64,000 bases of DNA from Harriotta raleighana (lineage: Eukaryota). Where the stretch lies: assembly GCA_050575255.1 (NCBI GenBank), contig JBNZDD010013425.1:372001-436000 (forward strand), written 5' to 3'. A program made the translations under genes and the position numbers. A model generated the notes under the pieces. That model had not been told where the DNA came from, searched no databases, and was given only the letters and a program-made list of their open reading frames with translations. Below, piece after piece: positions 37,880 through 51,079 of this stretch (position 1 is the stretch's first letter; each line of letters opens with the position of its first letter).

Positions 37880-38510
37880 TAAGAACAGAAGGTTATTCAG
37901 GCCACTGAGCCCTATCCACCACAGACCATTCAATGCTCCATATATCATAACCTCCCCGAATCCTATCTTGCTGCCATATGCCTTAATGCACGGAAACCTC
38001 ATTATACAGTGACATTATAAGTGACGTAAGCAGAAGGGACTACATGTAGTGCACACAGGAAGTGAGGTCTTCAGTGACCTGATCACCCCTAAAGGTAGCT
38101 TTTTTAAAAAAAAAGCAAATAAACACTGATGAGCCCTTGCCAGAAGCTAAGTATAGTATTAGCACAGATCCACACTAGTCCAGAAGCAAAGCAACACTTG
38201 ATCAAAGGGTGCTATTACAGGGTTCTCCTGTATATTTATTCCCTAAATAAGAATCTATTCTTTTTCTCTTAAATCCCTCAACTGATTCCTAATTTATGAC
38301 ATTCTGGGGCATTCCAGATTCTTATTTCTCTCTATGAGAATATTTCCCTCATCTCAACCCTAACCTGCTATTCCTTAATTTTAAGGTCATGTCCTCTTGT
38401 AAGTAAAGAGGGTTGGGGAGGAGGGAAGTCACTCATTGCTTATTTTGCTGAGCCCTTTCATAATTAATTTGATCAAATCACCCTTCAGCCTCATCTATAT
38501 CTGGACTTCC
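37880..38510 (-). mobile_element. Old CR1 3' fragments
   Basis: aagaacagaaggttattcaggccactgagccc and ttccagattct..ctctctatgagaa..tttccctcatctc…atcaaatcacccttcagcctc resemble the CR1 3' region. Confidence 0.55.
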
Positions 38511-39026
38511 TCTCACTACTATTGACTGGAAAGGTTACGGATTTGATCTCTGCTCTGTCCTGAGTTAGGTACTCTGACCACAGCAGCATTAGGATTAATA
38601 CAGCTGGCATCGGTCACCCCAAGTTTAGGGAAGGATCTGGACTGGAGTTCCTGCATCTGACTGCTGCCATCGACCTTTGCTGGCAGTGTGGATGAAGATG
38701 GAATTACTGTTCGGTGTAGCATGTGCAAAAGAGCAGTCCAACATTCACTTTCTCAGAGCAGAGGGAAATCAACACTTGTTTGGCAACCACAGAACTTCAA
38801 ACGAGAAAAAGGAGAAGGTGAACTAATGGTCTCTGTTTTACCCCTCTCACTTTAACCAGGTCCATAATTCTCCACCCTCCTCTAGCCTCACCCCAACCCA
38901 CCACACAACACACACAGAACAAAAAAAGTGCACAAAACAAAAACTTAAGTTTTAAAAAGATTCTATACAATTCATAGTGAAGAGAGTATAATACATGTTT
39001 CTGTGGCACAATGTGTGTTGCAAGTA

Positions 39027-39568
39027 CAGTAAAAGCCCGTTTATACATCACTCGATGAACCATAACTTCCATATAACTGGCACGTCAGAAAAAGGCCCCA
39101 TCCAATTAACCGGAAGTTATCCGGCACAATAGCGGTGGCATATTTAATGAATGCGGTAGTGCATTTTAAAAAAACGGCAGGCTCTACTAGCGGTAAGCCG
39201 AATGTACAGGTATTTCGGCTTGCCACTAGTATAGCCTGCCATTTTTTAAAAAATTGCCCCACCATTTTTTTTCCTCCCGTGGTGGCCATCATTACAGAAG
39301 TTAGGTATAAATAATAAAGTATTAATACAATATTCTGTTATTATAGTATCTGTTATTAGTGTATTTAGTCTATTAGTTATATGATAGTGTTCAACATTTA
39401 CAATAAAGTACTAATACAATATTCTGTTATTATCTGATATTATTTAATCTATTATTAATATGGTATGTGTTAAAATAAGTTTTAAAAATTTATGTTGGGT
39501 TTTCGGATCCAATCGTTTAACCGGCATTGGCCAGGTCCTGCGCGTGCCGGATAAATAGGTTTTTACTA
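39027..39568. mobile_element. MITE family A
   Basis: TA|CAGTAAAAGCCCGTTTATAC ... GGATAAATAGGTTTTTACTA|TA, with an internal duplication of the AT-rich block (about 39314-39344 and 39403-39433). Confidence 0.85.
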
Positions 39569-39571
39569 TAT

Positions 39572-39836
39572 TTGGAGTCCTGTATCTTAGTGGTTAGAGC
39601 ACTCGCCTTACAAATGAGAGACCTTGGTTTGATTTCCCTCCATGTGCCTGATAATAATCCCTCAAAAAAATTGTCATTTTCAATCCACAACTGTTTATGG
39701 GACACCTCTGTGTGCAAGTGACTGCCACGATTCGCCCATATATAGTCAATTTACTATATAGTATATTCTGTGAAGCACTTTGAGACGTCTAGAAGATATT
39801 AAAAGGACTACATAAATCTAGAGGATTATTATTATT
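39572..39836 (+). mobile_element. SINE of the dominant family between two MITEs
   Basis: ggagtcctgtatcttagtggttagagcactcgcc head to (att)n tail. Confidence 0.9.
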
Positions 39837-39837
39837 A

Positions 39838-40624
39838 CAGTAAAACCCTGTTTATCTGGCAACCACGGGAACTGGCCAGTGGTGGTTAAACCGTTTTTCC
39901 GGTTGAACTGATTTATTTTTTAAAAATTAAATATAATTTTTTTAAATTTTAAATTATTTTAACACATACCATATTAATAATGGACTAAATATAACAGAAT
40001 ATTCTATTAATACATTATTATTTATACTTAACTTCGCAATCGCAGCACTGATTCGATGGGAGGTAAAAAACCCGACTTTAAAAAGCAACAAGTTTAGACC
40101 TAACGGCCACCACACACACACACATAGACAGACACACACACAGACAGACAGACACAAAACCTCAAAGATATTCAGTCTGAATCCATCATATAAATTCTGT
40201 CCACAATTCTCAACCACCCACCCACCCCCACCCTTTCCTCTCTCTCTCTGCATCAACCTGCCTGCCATTTCTCTCTCTCTCTCACTCCATTATGCTTTCC
40301 CCTATCTCTCTCTCTCTCCCTTCCCCCCCTCTCTCATTCCCCCACTCTCTCTTTCTCTGTCTCTCCATCCCCCCACTCCCTCTCTCTCTGGCAGCTACCT
40401 GCAGCAGTATTTATTATGTACACAGTATTTGACTTCCCAACGACAGGCACATCCGAACAAGGTAAAAAAATGCGACTTTTAAAAGGACCCAGAATGAGTT
40501 TAGACCCGACATTAAACGCATCTCCAGATAACTTCCGGTTAATCGGATCGGGACTTTTTTTTTTGAGATGGCGGTTGAACAGGTTTTCCGATTATTCGAG
40601 TCACGGATAAACGGGGTTCTACTG
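39838..40624. mobile_element. MITE family A, opposite orientation to the 39027 copy
   Basis: TA|CAGTAAAACCCTGTTTATCTGG ... CGGATAAACGGGGTTCTACTG|TA. Subterminal blocks are reverse-complemented; internal CA/CT microsatellite. Confidence 0.85.
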
Positions 40625-40634
40625 TATTTACAGA

Positions 40635-41000
40635 TACCTGTAGCTAGTGGTTTGAGCACTGGCCTCACAAGCAAGAGACTTGGGTTCTAATCCCAGCAGA
40701 GCAAAATGTTGGGCAAGTTTCCTTACTCCACACGCCTATGTAGTACGTAGCAGTAAATAGGTAACTGCTAGTCGATTATTAGTTAGTCGAATGGCAGATC
40801 GCTTTCCCGGGACAATAATCCCCCAGGATAATAATCCCTAAAAAAAAACACAATTTGGTCAGTCAATCCACAACCACTGTGCACAATTGACTGCCATCTT
40901 TCGGCCAAAAATTTACAGTCAATTCACATTACATATTTTGTGAAACACTTTGAGGCATCTAGAAGACATGAAAAGCACTATATCACATGCAAGGATTACG
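40635..41000 (+). mobile_element. SINE, long variant
   Basis: Head, ttgggcaagtttccttactccacacgcct…agcagtaaataggta, core and tail. Confidence 0.85.
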
Positions 41001-41779
41001 ATTAATTACATAATTATCACATATTTATCCAATGGTTCTGACTTTTAAAAAAATGACATTCATAAAACACAGAGGGATGAGGGACGCATTAAAACAGCAA
41101 GAACTGTGTGTTGAAATTTTGTTATCCCTTTTTAATTTTTACTATGACACAAGAATTATCCCTTCCAGGTAAATGAGATCTGCACAGCTTGCACAGTGCT
41201 ACATTAGAACATGAAGTTGGCATCACAGAAAATAATTTGTGTACTCCGCGTTTCTTTTACTTAGACCAGTTCCACAATTCTACCCCTTCTCCCCCAAACC
41301 CCCACAACACAAACAGACAGGGGGGTGGGGTGGACAGACTCCACCCCACCCCCCCATCACACACGCACAGGGAGACAGAAACACACACACAAACACACAG
41401 ATACAAACACACAACAGAAACAAGATACAAACTGAGAGACAGAGACACCCACCCACACACGGAGGCAGAGACACAAAGAGAGAGATACAGCCATGCAACT
41501 ACACAAGAGAAACAAAACCGAAAAACCCACAGATACACAACAACTTGCATTGATATAGCACCCTTCATGCAAGGTAGTGTCTCAAGAGTTCTCAACACTA
41601 GGGAGGAGTGTTAAAACCTGATGCCCAGTTGGCAGGAATTGACTGTCAACACAGCCAAAGAGGAAGATCTTCAAGCATGGTTTGAATATGGGGAAGGAGA
41701 GGGCAAGCTGGAGGGATCCAAGGTTTCTGGGCACAGTGGCTGAACGCATGGCCTCCAATGGTGGAGCAACGATAGAGTG

Positions 41780-42690
41780 TGTTTCACGTCAGGAGGACGT
41801 CCCAAAACGCTGGACAGTTTGTTTAAGACCCAAGCAGGGGGAAATGTTCAGCGCGAGGGGGGGGGGGGGGAAGGGTGGGAGCGAGGAGGGGGGTAGAAAG
41901 TCGAGAGGGGAGCTGAAGGCATGGTCGAAGAGAAAGGTCTTGAGACCGGCCTTGAAAGAGGAAAGGGAGGAAGCGAGGCAAAGGCACTGGGGGATGGAGT
42001 TCCAGAGCCATGGGGATGAGCGGCTGAAAGCCCGGCCGCCAATGGTAGGACGGTTAGAGCAGGGGATGAGGAACAGACCAGAGCCAGAGGAACGGAGGGT
42101 ACGGGCAGGTAGATAGGGGGATAGTAGGTTGGAGAGGTAGGAGGGAGCATGGCCTTGTAGGTAAGGATGAGGATCTTGAATTCGATCCTCTGGGGGATGG
42201 GGAGCCAGTGGAGATGGGCGAGGGTGGGAGTGATGTAGTTTCGAAGCCTGGTGCGGGAGAATACATGAGCTGCAGAGTTCTGGATGACCTGCAGTTTGTG
42301 GATGGAGGAGCCGGGAAGGCCTACGAGGAGAGAGTTCCCATAGTCCAGCCTTGAGGTGATGAAGCAAGGGGGAAAAGGGACAAGCAGAGGCCAAAGCCAG
42401 CCAAGAGAGGTCGAGTGAGGTCAGAAAGATAAGCAGGGCATAAAGGGATGTGTAGACCAGTGTGAGAAACTTAAAATCAATCCATTCTGTGATATGGAGC
42501 CTGGCTAGGAATTATGTGATGGGGGAAATGGAGTATCGAGCTAATTAAATAACTTCAATTTGGAAGATAGTGGAGCTGGGGAGACTGGCAAGGAGGGCAT
42601 TGGAATAGTCAAGGTGATCAGTGACAAAAGTTGTTTAAGTCTTTGAAATAGGCCTGGGAGGTTGAGGAGATCAGAGCCACAAGCAGGGAG
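41780..42690 (-). mobile_element. L2 LINE 3' end (41780-42365) abutting an older L2 fragment
   Basis: ORF 41789..42394(-) contains [24 protein letters not shown] and [19 protein letters not shown]. Confidence 0.88.
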
Positions 42691-42699
42691 ACAGACAGT

Positions 42700-43580
42700 G
42701 GAGGGGGAGGGACAGGTGGTGGGCAGGGAAAGGGGCAGACGGGGTGGTCAGGTGGGGTGGGGAGAGACAGAAAGCAGAGGATAGACAGCGGTACAGGCAG
42801 AAAAGGGGGGAAGAGACAAAGGGACAGACAGAGAGGGGCAAAGAGACAAGCACAAAGGCACACAGAGACAGAGACATAGAGATGAAGCAAGGCCGAGACT
42901 CTCAGAGACAAAGACACTAAGATAGACAGAGACAGGCACTCGCACACACTGAGACAGGCACACACACGGACAAGACACAAATGCATGCAGACAGACACAC
43001 AGGTGCATGGCGACACAGGCAAAGATAGAAACACAAACATACTCTGACTCTCTCGGGTTGCATATATGCACGTCCTCATGTGTCCTCACACACACAAAAA
43101 TATGATCGCACACCTCCTTTACTCGATCTCTCTCATGCAGGTGCTTTTGCAAAAACTATCTCTCAGCAGTTGTGCACACATACTTTCTCACGCACATGGA
43201 CCTCTCTCACCTGTGCAAACAAGTGCTTCTCTCTCACTCTCTGACAAACTCATATGCATTCCCTTCATCTCTCAGATGCATGCACAATACAGTGCTAGCT
43301 TGCTCACATGTGAACCAGCTCTCTCATTCGCGTGGTTGAACGCACTCACTCCCCCTTGCACCCACACTCTCTCTCCCTTGAAAGCACACATGCACCGCTT
43401 CATTCTCATGCTCCCTCGCACACAGGTACAAACCCTCACAGAAACCCTCAAGGCCTGCATATACTGTACACTCATAAACCCCTGACATGTGTATACACAT
43501 ACCCATGTGTGTGATGCACACACAACCCTTTGCATGCCCATTTGTGTGCATACATGCACACACCCTGACACGCATAAACA
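42700..43580. repeat. Degenerate (GA/CA/CT)n low-complexity tract
   Basis: Runs of gacagaga and cacaca. The overlapping Cys/Val/His-rich ORFs are compositional. Confidence 0.8.
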
Positions 43581-43584
43581 CACT

Positions 43585-44940
43585 ATAGCTTTTGGAAGCT
43601 TCCTCAAAGCTTCTGCTGGCTGAAGCCCGTGTCCAGTACAGTGTTGTACAACAGTCCCATGAAGGTATCCTTGGGGGGTGGGTGGAGTGAGCATTATGCC
43701 ATGTTGGTGCCTGAACAAAGAGGCCATTGTGGCAATCCATTTGCTCGGAGGATGGAATTGCTGGGGTGAGGCATTCAGGAGATTCAAGGCTTTAATGAGC
43801 CAAACTGTCGAAAGAGAGGTCTCTGCACTAGCAGGGTCTTGCTATGGCAGCACATACAAACTATATGCAGAGTTCCTAAAGGATGCTTTTGGGGTGGGGG
43901 GAGGGAGTTGGATGACAGTGAGGATCTTACAGATTCAAACCAAGAACCTCTAACTCTCGTTGGAACTGCCTTCCTAGCACTGATGAACAAGACGCTCTGG
44001 GTGTTAACACATCTACATCAATGGTGCATTGTGCACTTGTGGTCTCAATCCTCAAGAAAGGTGACCCTACTGAGACTGAGAACTGCAGAGGGGTCTGACT
44101 GACTGCAGTGACTCTTAAGGTGGTGTTTTGGTTTAGTCACTGCACGTGTATCGTAGGCACTGTGCTTTGATCAGGAAAGAACAGGATGCCTTTCATTCTC
44201 ATGAGGAATGTATGGGACAAGTTGTGGATTTGTATGAGATTGCAGAATATCACAAGGCTCAGGGAAACCATCTCTCTTTTGTGTTCATCGATTTTAACGC
44301 AGCTTTTGACCGAGTGCCTTATGAAGCCTTCATGATGAAACTGGAAGTCACGGGAATACATGGCTAAATCTTGGATTTTATCCCAGGGAATATCTGGGTT
44401 CCAAGATCCATGTGGCAGTGAACTCACTGAGCCCATCCCTCTTAAAAAGCGACATAAGGTAAGGCTTCCCATTGTCATCCACCCTAGTTCATAAACAACA
44501 TATTAGATGACATCTAGTGGGAGGACGTGGTGTAGTTGTTCCAAGCCTCTCTGACATGATTGCAATGCTTCTGTTTACAAATGATGGATTCACTTGGGAC
44601 TTTATATGTAACACCAGCCTCTTGGAACACTAGGCCAACCTGTGGGACATGGTGGTTGGTACCCCCAAGCACAGACTCATGGTTCTACTCAGCCAAATGA
44701 AGACGTCGAAGGTATTGATCAGAAGATACTGCGAGCTACAGTCTCAAATGTGGATTTTTAACCTGGGAGTTGTGGTGGGGCTGGACACAGAGTTTGCTTG
44801 AAGGACACTCCTGAAGGACAGCAAGTTTGGGTCAAACAAGAGCTTTGTGCAAACACTTCTTGGATGGATCTGAACTCCTGCATATGCAGCAAAGGAGCTT
44901 CCTCAGGCCCATTTTCACAGTCCAGGATCAAGCAATGAGG
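43585..44940 (+). mobile_element. Fossil non-LTR retrotransposon reverse transcriptase, not L2/CR1 (RTE/RTE-X-like, uncertain)
   Basis: Broken frames give LVVSILKKGDPTETENCRGV*L, LIRKEQDAFHSHEECMGQVVDLYEI, FVFIDFNAAFDRVPYEAFMMKL, IR*GFPLSSTL.FINNIL, GVVVPSLSDMIAMLLFTND and GSELLHM..LRPIFTVQDQAMR, which are RT subdomains in the correct order. Confidence 0.8.
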
Positions 44941-45129
44941 CAAGCACACCCACCCCCACCAACACACACAGCCCTCCCACACATTCAACCCATCCCCTCC
45001 CACTCACACAACACACCAACCTCACACATAAAACCCCCCATGTACGTGTGCTCACAAACTCACCCCCCCCCCCCCAAACACAAACACACCCCTCTCCCCA
45101 GGCATGCACACAAAATCTCCCCTTCCCCC

Positions 45130-46826
45130 TACATTCCCCTCCCCACCAACCTACGGCTTACCCAGCTCCCCCTCCTCTGCCCACTGCTGGCTGACATCAT
45201 CAACTAATCCCTCTTCACAGGATCAATCTCTGCCCCCTTAAAACTTCTGCCATCATCCCCTCCTTAAAAAACCTTCCCTAGATCCCTCAAAGCCTAGCCA
45301 CTACCGCCCCATTTCAAACCTGCCCTTCGTTTCAAAAGCTCTTGAATGCGTTGTTGCAAACCAACTCCGCACCCACCACTTCTCCCACTTCAAACCCCTC
45401 CAGTCCGGTTTCCGCCCTGTCCACAGTACAGAGACTGCACTTGTGAAAGTCACAAACGATGCCCTCTCTATCTGTGACCAGGGCTCCCTCTGCCTCCTTA
45501 TCCTCCTGGACGTATTCGCTGCGTTTGACACAGTCGACCACCCCATCCTCCTCCACCGCCTGTCCTCTGTCATCCACCTCAGTGGGACCACACTCGCCTG
45601 GTTTGAGTCCTACCTCACAAACCACAGGCGGTACATCACCAAACGTTTTTTCCTCTCGCTCTCACCCTGTTACCTGTGGTGTACCCCAGGGATCCATCCT
45701 TGGTCCCCTGCTCTTCCTCATCTCTCTTGGGGATGTCATCCGCAAACATGGGGCACACTTCCACATGTATGCAGATGGCACCCAATTCTATTTCTCCAGT
45801 TCACTTTGCGACCCCCACTCCCCTGATGTTCTATCAGTCTGCCTGTCAGACATATGGAGCTGGATGAGCACAAATTTCTTGTAGTTGAATGTTGACAAGA
45901 GGGAGGCCATACTCTTTGGCTCTCGTCAACGTCTCCATTCGCAAGGCCTCTCACCACCGCCACCTTCCCGGTCTGCCTCTAAAACTCTCCAAACCCTAGT
46001 GCGCAACCTAGGCATCAGGTTCTACCCCCAACGGTCCTTCCTCCCTCACATCCAGTCCCTCACCAGCACCGCCTTCTTCCAACTCCGACGGATCACCCGT
46101 CTCCGGCAATATCTCACCCCAAAAACGACTGAAACCCTGGTTCACGACTTTGTCACCTCTCGGCTGGTCTTTTGCAATGCCCTCCTCTCCGATCTCCGCT
46201 CCTCCACAATCCACAGAGTCCAGCTTATCTAGAATTCTGCTGCTCGCGTTCTCAAACTTCCTCCAGTTCACTTTGCGACCCCCACTCCCCTGATGTTCTA
46301 TCAGCCTGCCTGTCAGACATATGGAGCTGGATGAGCACAAATTTCTTGTAGTTGAATGTTGACAAGAGGGAGGCCATACTCTTTGGCAATCCTTGCCAGA
46401 CTTCACTGGCTCACTATCCCAGAGAGGATTGATTTCAAGATCCTCACTCTCATCTTCAAATCTCTCCACTCCTCTGCCCCACCCACCTCTCTGACCTCCT
46501 CTCTCCTCAAACCAACATCCGTTGCCTTTGCTCCACCGGGTCTGGCCTCCTCCATGTCCCCTGAATCCTCCGCTCCACCGTCAGCGGCCGTGCCTTCAGC
46601 CACTATGCCCCGAGGCTCTGGAATTCCCTTCCTCACTCCCTCCGCCTCACCCCCTCTTTTCCCAGCTTCAGGTCCCAGCTGAAGACCTTTCTCTTCGACT
46701 GTGCCATTGGTCAACTTTCTACTCATGCCCCTGGCTCGTTCCTGGGATCCGCTATTGTGAATTGCTCTGAGATGCCATCCGGGGGTGGAGGGCGCTATAT
46801 AAATCGAAATTGATGTTGTTGTTGTT
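45130..46826 (+). mobile_element. L2-clade LINE, 5'-truncated, degenerate RT and 3' end
   Basis: Frames give [59 protein letters not shown]. Ends in ggagggcgctatataaat...(gtt)n tail. Frameshifts and stops present. Confidence 0.92.
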
Positions 46827-47407
46827 ACATGCGCTCACAACTCCCAACCCCCATGTGCACACAACTCATCCCCACCCTACACGTGCACACATAAACACTC
46901 AACAAACACTCCCATGCTCGAACTCAACTCGCACCCCCCACCAGCCAAGCGCTCATTCAATGCACCTCCCACCATGCGCCCACTCAACCCACCTCGCACC
47001 ACATGCACTCAAAGTGCAAACCCTCCCCACTACCTGCAAAACTAAATAAGATTGCAATACTCATTTCTTATTCATATATACACACACATGATGGAAATTA
47101 TTTGGTCAACTACTAATCTGATCAATGACATATAGACCACAATGGATGTAACAAACCTTTCTAGTCTGCAGTTCCCAAATCTGAGCACCTGACGGCAGTG
47201 TAACTGAGCTATGAATGCCAGGGAGGGTTCAAGTAAACTTCAAAAACATCATCATCATCATATGTTGTCATATAATCATCCTTGCATTTGATATTTCACA
47301 TCAGGAAGATCTTGCAAAGCACTTCACAGGGTTCACTATAAATTCTGGAAACCGGAATGTACTTCTGCAATCGGTGAAATACTGGTTAGATTTACATAAT
47401 AATTATA

Positions 47408-48160
47408 TAATAATTCTTGCATTTGATATAGCATTTTTCACATGTTTTAAACGTCCCAAAGTGCTTCACAGAATATACTGTAAAGTGAATTAACTGTATA
47501 TTTGTGGGCGAAATGCGGCAGCCAATTGCGCACAGCAACGACCCACAAACGGTCGTGGATTGAAATGACAAATTTTTATTATTGTGTTTTTTTTGGGGGG
47601 AGGGATTATTATTAGGCGTGTGGAGTAAGGAAACTTGCTCAAGGTTTCACCCTGATCTGCCTGGATTTGAACGCTGGTCTCATGCTTGTCAGGTGAATAC
47701 TCTAACCACTGAGCTTCAGGAGCTCCAACAGTTGCAATGTACGACATTCTAAACAACAACAACCTGCATTTATATAGCAACGTTCACTCAAGGCAGCATC
47801 TCAGAGCCTCACGCCAAGCTGGGGGCAGGAGGCGACTATAAGCACGATACAACCTACTAATAATTCTTGCATTTGATACAGCACTTTTCACATCTTCTAG
47901 ATGTCTCAAAGTGCTTCACAGAATATACTGTAAAGTGTATTGACTGTATATTTGTGAGCGAAACGGGGCAGCCAATTGCATACTGCAGTGTCCCACAAAC
48001 AGTCGTGGATTGAGTGACCAAATTATTACTGTTTGAAGGATTATAATTAGGCGTGTGGAGTAAGGAATCTTGCCCAAGGTTTCACCCTGGCTGAAAAGCG
48101 AACCTGGGTCTCTCTCTCGCGAGGCGAGTGCTCCAACCATTTACTGAGCTGCTGGACTCC
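47408..48160 (-). mobile_element. Two full-length SINEs (47408-47726 and 47858-48160)
   Basis: Both show tail, core and tRNA head on minus. Confidence 0.92.
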
Positions 48161-51079
48161 ACAACTGTTTATCATTAAGGGCAAAACAAAGCGTTTTGAA
48201 TTAGATCATGAGGGAAAACTTTGAAAAGCATTTTGAAAGCTTGGAGCATCTATTCTCAACTACAAATTTGGCTTGTTTATATGGAATTCACATCATGCAA
48301 TTCGCAGCATGTTGGGGAACTCCGATCCTATCACACTCCCCCATGAACGACACTGACTAGAATCAACCCCACTCGATTTCCTTGCTGAATGATTTAATTT
48401 CCTGCATAGGGCTGTTGGGTTTCAGTAAAAATACACTTTAATCTTTTTTTTAAATCCCTAGGTTCTAATCTTTACAGCCCATTACAAGTAAATGTTTGAT
48501 ATTATTTTATGGGGAACAAAAATACTTCAAAACATTAGCGTTTTGATTTCTTTTTGTTTAAAAAAAAGTTATCCTCACTCCAATCCCCCCAACCCCCCAC
48601 CTCCAATCCAGCTCAAACTGGGTTAAATTCAAACAGACAAAAACATTTTAGTGCCTTGAATGAGGCATAGCAACTTCCCCCTCACCCCACAAGTGCTTTG
48701 ATCTTAGATGTTGTATAACTATATGGAGTACAAGGAGAACAATAGAGTCCAGGTTTTAGGACACTAGAGTGATGTTGCAGTGTGTTGCTAGAGAATAAAT
48801 ACCTTTTGTGCCCAAGTCCTTCACCTTAGGAAATAGCTCTCCTATAAGCACAGGAGTGTAGTATCGCTTCAATGGGATCCCTCTACTTAAATAGCTTGAA
48901 GACTTTACTAACCCCTCTTCACCCAGGGACCACAGTGCATTCAGCAGTCTAGACTGTCAGCCAGCATTTCCAATGCCTCACAGTCTACTGATCATTTAAC
49001 TGGCTCACGGTCCAAGGGGTCCATGTAAACCTGTCACCAGTTTTAGACAGCACTCGGGAGTCCAGGGCATTTGCTTTGGTTCAGGCTGCATACAATTAAA
49101 GTTAGTGATAGGTTGAAGCTTTGCAGTGCACGAAGGGTTTAGCTTTTTAAATCACCAGAGGTTTGTTAATCATATGAAAGTTCCCTTTAAAACAGAAGTC
49201 CACTCATCTTGCCACCATAACACTTTGTGTGGCCCATTGTAAAGGAGTCACACAGCGATCTCTGGAACATCAGACCTGGTATAAATTTTTCCTTCCCCCC
49301 CCTCTCCCATCCATGCGCACAAAAATAGTGAATAAATGTTGTTGAAACTATTTGAGGCTATTAAATAGTATGGTCTATGAATTATGCTGGCAGACACATT
49401 GCTAATTTTTCATAAATATTTGGTTGAACCAAAATCAAAATAGTGATATAGCTCTGATAATACAATTATAATTATTATAATTTGAAATAACATTTCAGCC
49501 ATTTCATAATGCTGAAACTGGCATCTGATAGAGCACTACTGTAATCTGTACAGAAAACAGAGTGCTGGAGTACAGAGTTGTTATTCACAAATAGAAAGAT
49601 GAAAATAATGGTGTGAAGTTAAGTGGCGAAAATAATTCTACAATAATAACATTTGTATAGTGCCTTTCACATCGGGAGAACATGCAGGCAAAACAGAATG
49701 TGAATTTGGGGGGTTGGGGGGAGAGAGGAAAGAGATGCTTTCTGGTCAATGCAGTGATATACCAGTTCTCACTGTTTGCTCATCAGCTAATCACAGTGAA
49801 AGGAAGCAAGAATTGGACACAATAATTACACCAAAGAAAAAAACCTTGCATTTGATATAGAGCCTTATCATGTCTTCGAGGCATCTCAAAGCACTTCACA
49901 GAATATGCTGTAAAATGAATTGGCTGTGTAGTTTATAAAAATTATGAAAGATTTTAAATAAATGAATAGTTTCCAGTGCAGTCATTTATCCCATTGACAA
50001 ACGAATAGCAGCATTTTTTTTTAAAAAGAGTTCAGTGTGAATGCTATTAACCAAGTTGCAGTTTTTTTGAATGTCATTCATACAAAAGACCAGCGCCAAA
50101 TGTGTGGCCTATCAACAGCACGAGCAGTAACTCAGGCTGGTGAGCAAGTTAAAAGAAAACTGTTTTTGATTAGCCACTGACATCTAAACTGAACACCATC
50201 TAAATCCAGACTTAAATGGTTTCATTCTGCTACAGGATGTGGGAATTTCAAGATGGACTGTGTCCAAATCAAGGGACTTTGAAGAAGTCATACTCCGATT
50301 CAGGTGCTCCCTTCATTTTGGCCACTATATCTAAAATTAGAATCCCAACAGTCATTATTTAGTTAGCTGAAATGCAATTGTGGTGTTTATTACCATCTCG
50401 ATCTAATCTCTGAAGCTTGTTAACACATGGAAGTATTGTTCTAATACATTGCCTATCACTTTATTTTCACTGTTAAATGTGGAACCTCAGATTTTCGTGT
50501 TTCAAAATAAAAATAAAAAATGCTTATTCAGTAAGGAAAGATGTCTTGAAACCATATTGGTTACCAGTTAGTGGTGTACTAGACCATAGAAAAACCTTTG
50601 CAAAACAAGCTCTTGTAAAGGCTCATTTAAAACGGGTAGTTAACTGTTGAAATCCAGCTGAAATCCATTTGAACACAACATAGATATGAATTTCCCTCCT
50701 CGTTTGCAAGCAGCCTTTTTTTTAAAAGAAAAAAGTCAAATGAAAACAACAACCTATTATACAGCATGTGGGTAGCTTCTGAGCACTTACCAGCAGTGCA
50801 TCTGCTTTCACCAAGATCAGAGCATGTAACTTAGAAAAAGGAGGGGGGACAAGAATAGAGCCTCGCAGTAAGTATTCCTCAGGTGACTGTATGGAACAGG
50901 AAAACAAACCATTGGAGGATACAAATGACGCAATTGGCTGCCGCATTTCATCCACAAAATATGCCACCAATTCACTTTACAATATATTATTTGAAGCGCT
51001 TTGAGACGTCTCGAAGACATGATAAGGCACGATATCAAATGCAATGATTATTATTCTAATAATGGTGGCAGTGGGTCAC

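Noticed and set aside
41189-43787. Several 100-170 aa Cys/Val/His/Thr-rich ORFs
   Set aside because: Products of CA/GT/GA low-complexity tracts and L2 remnants.
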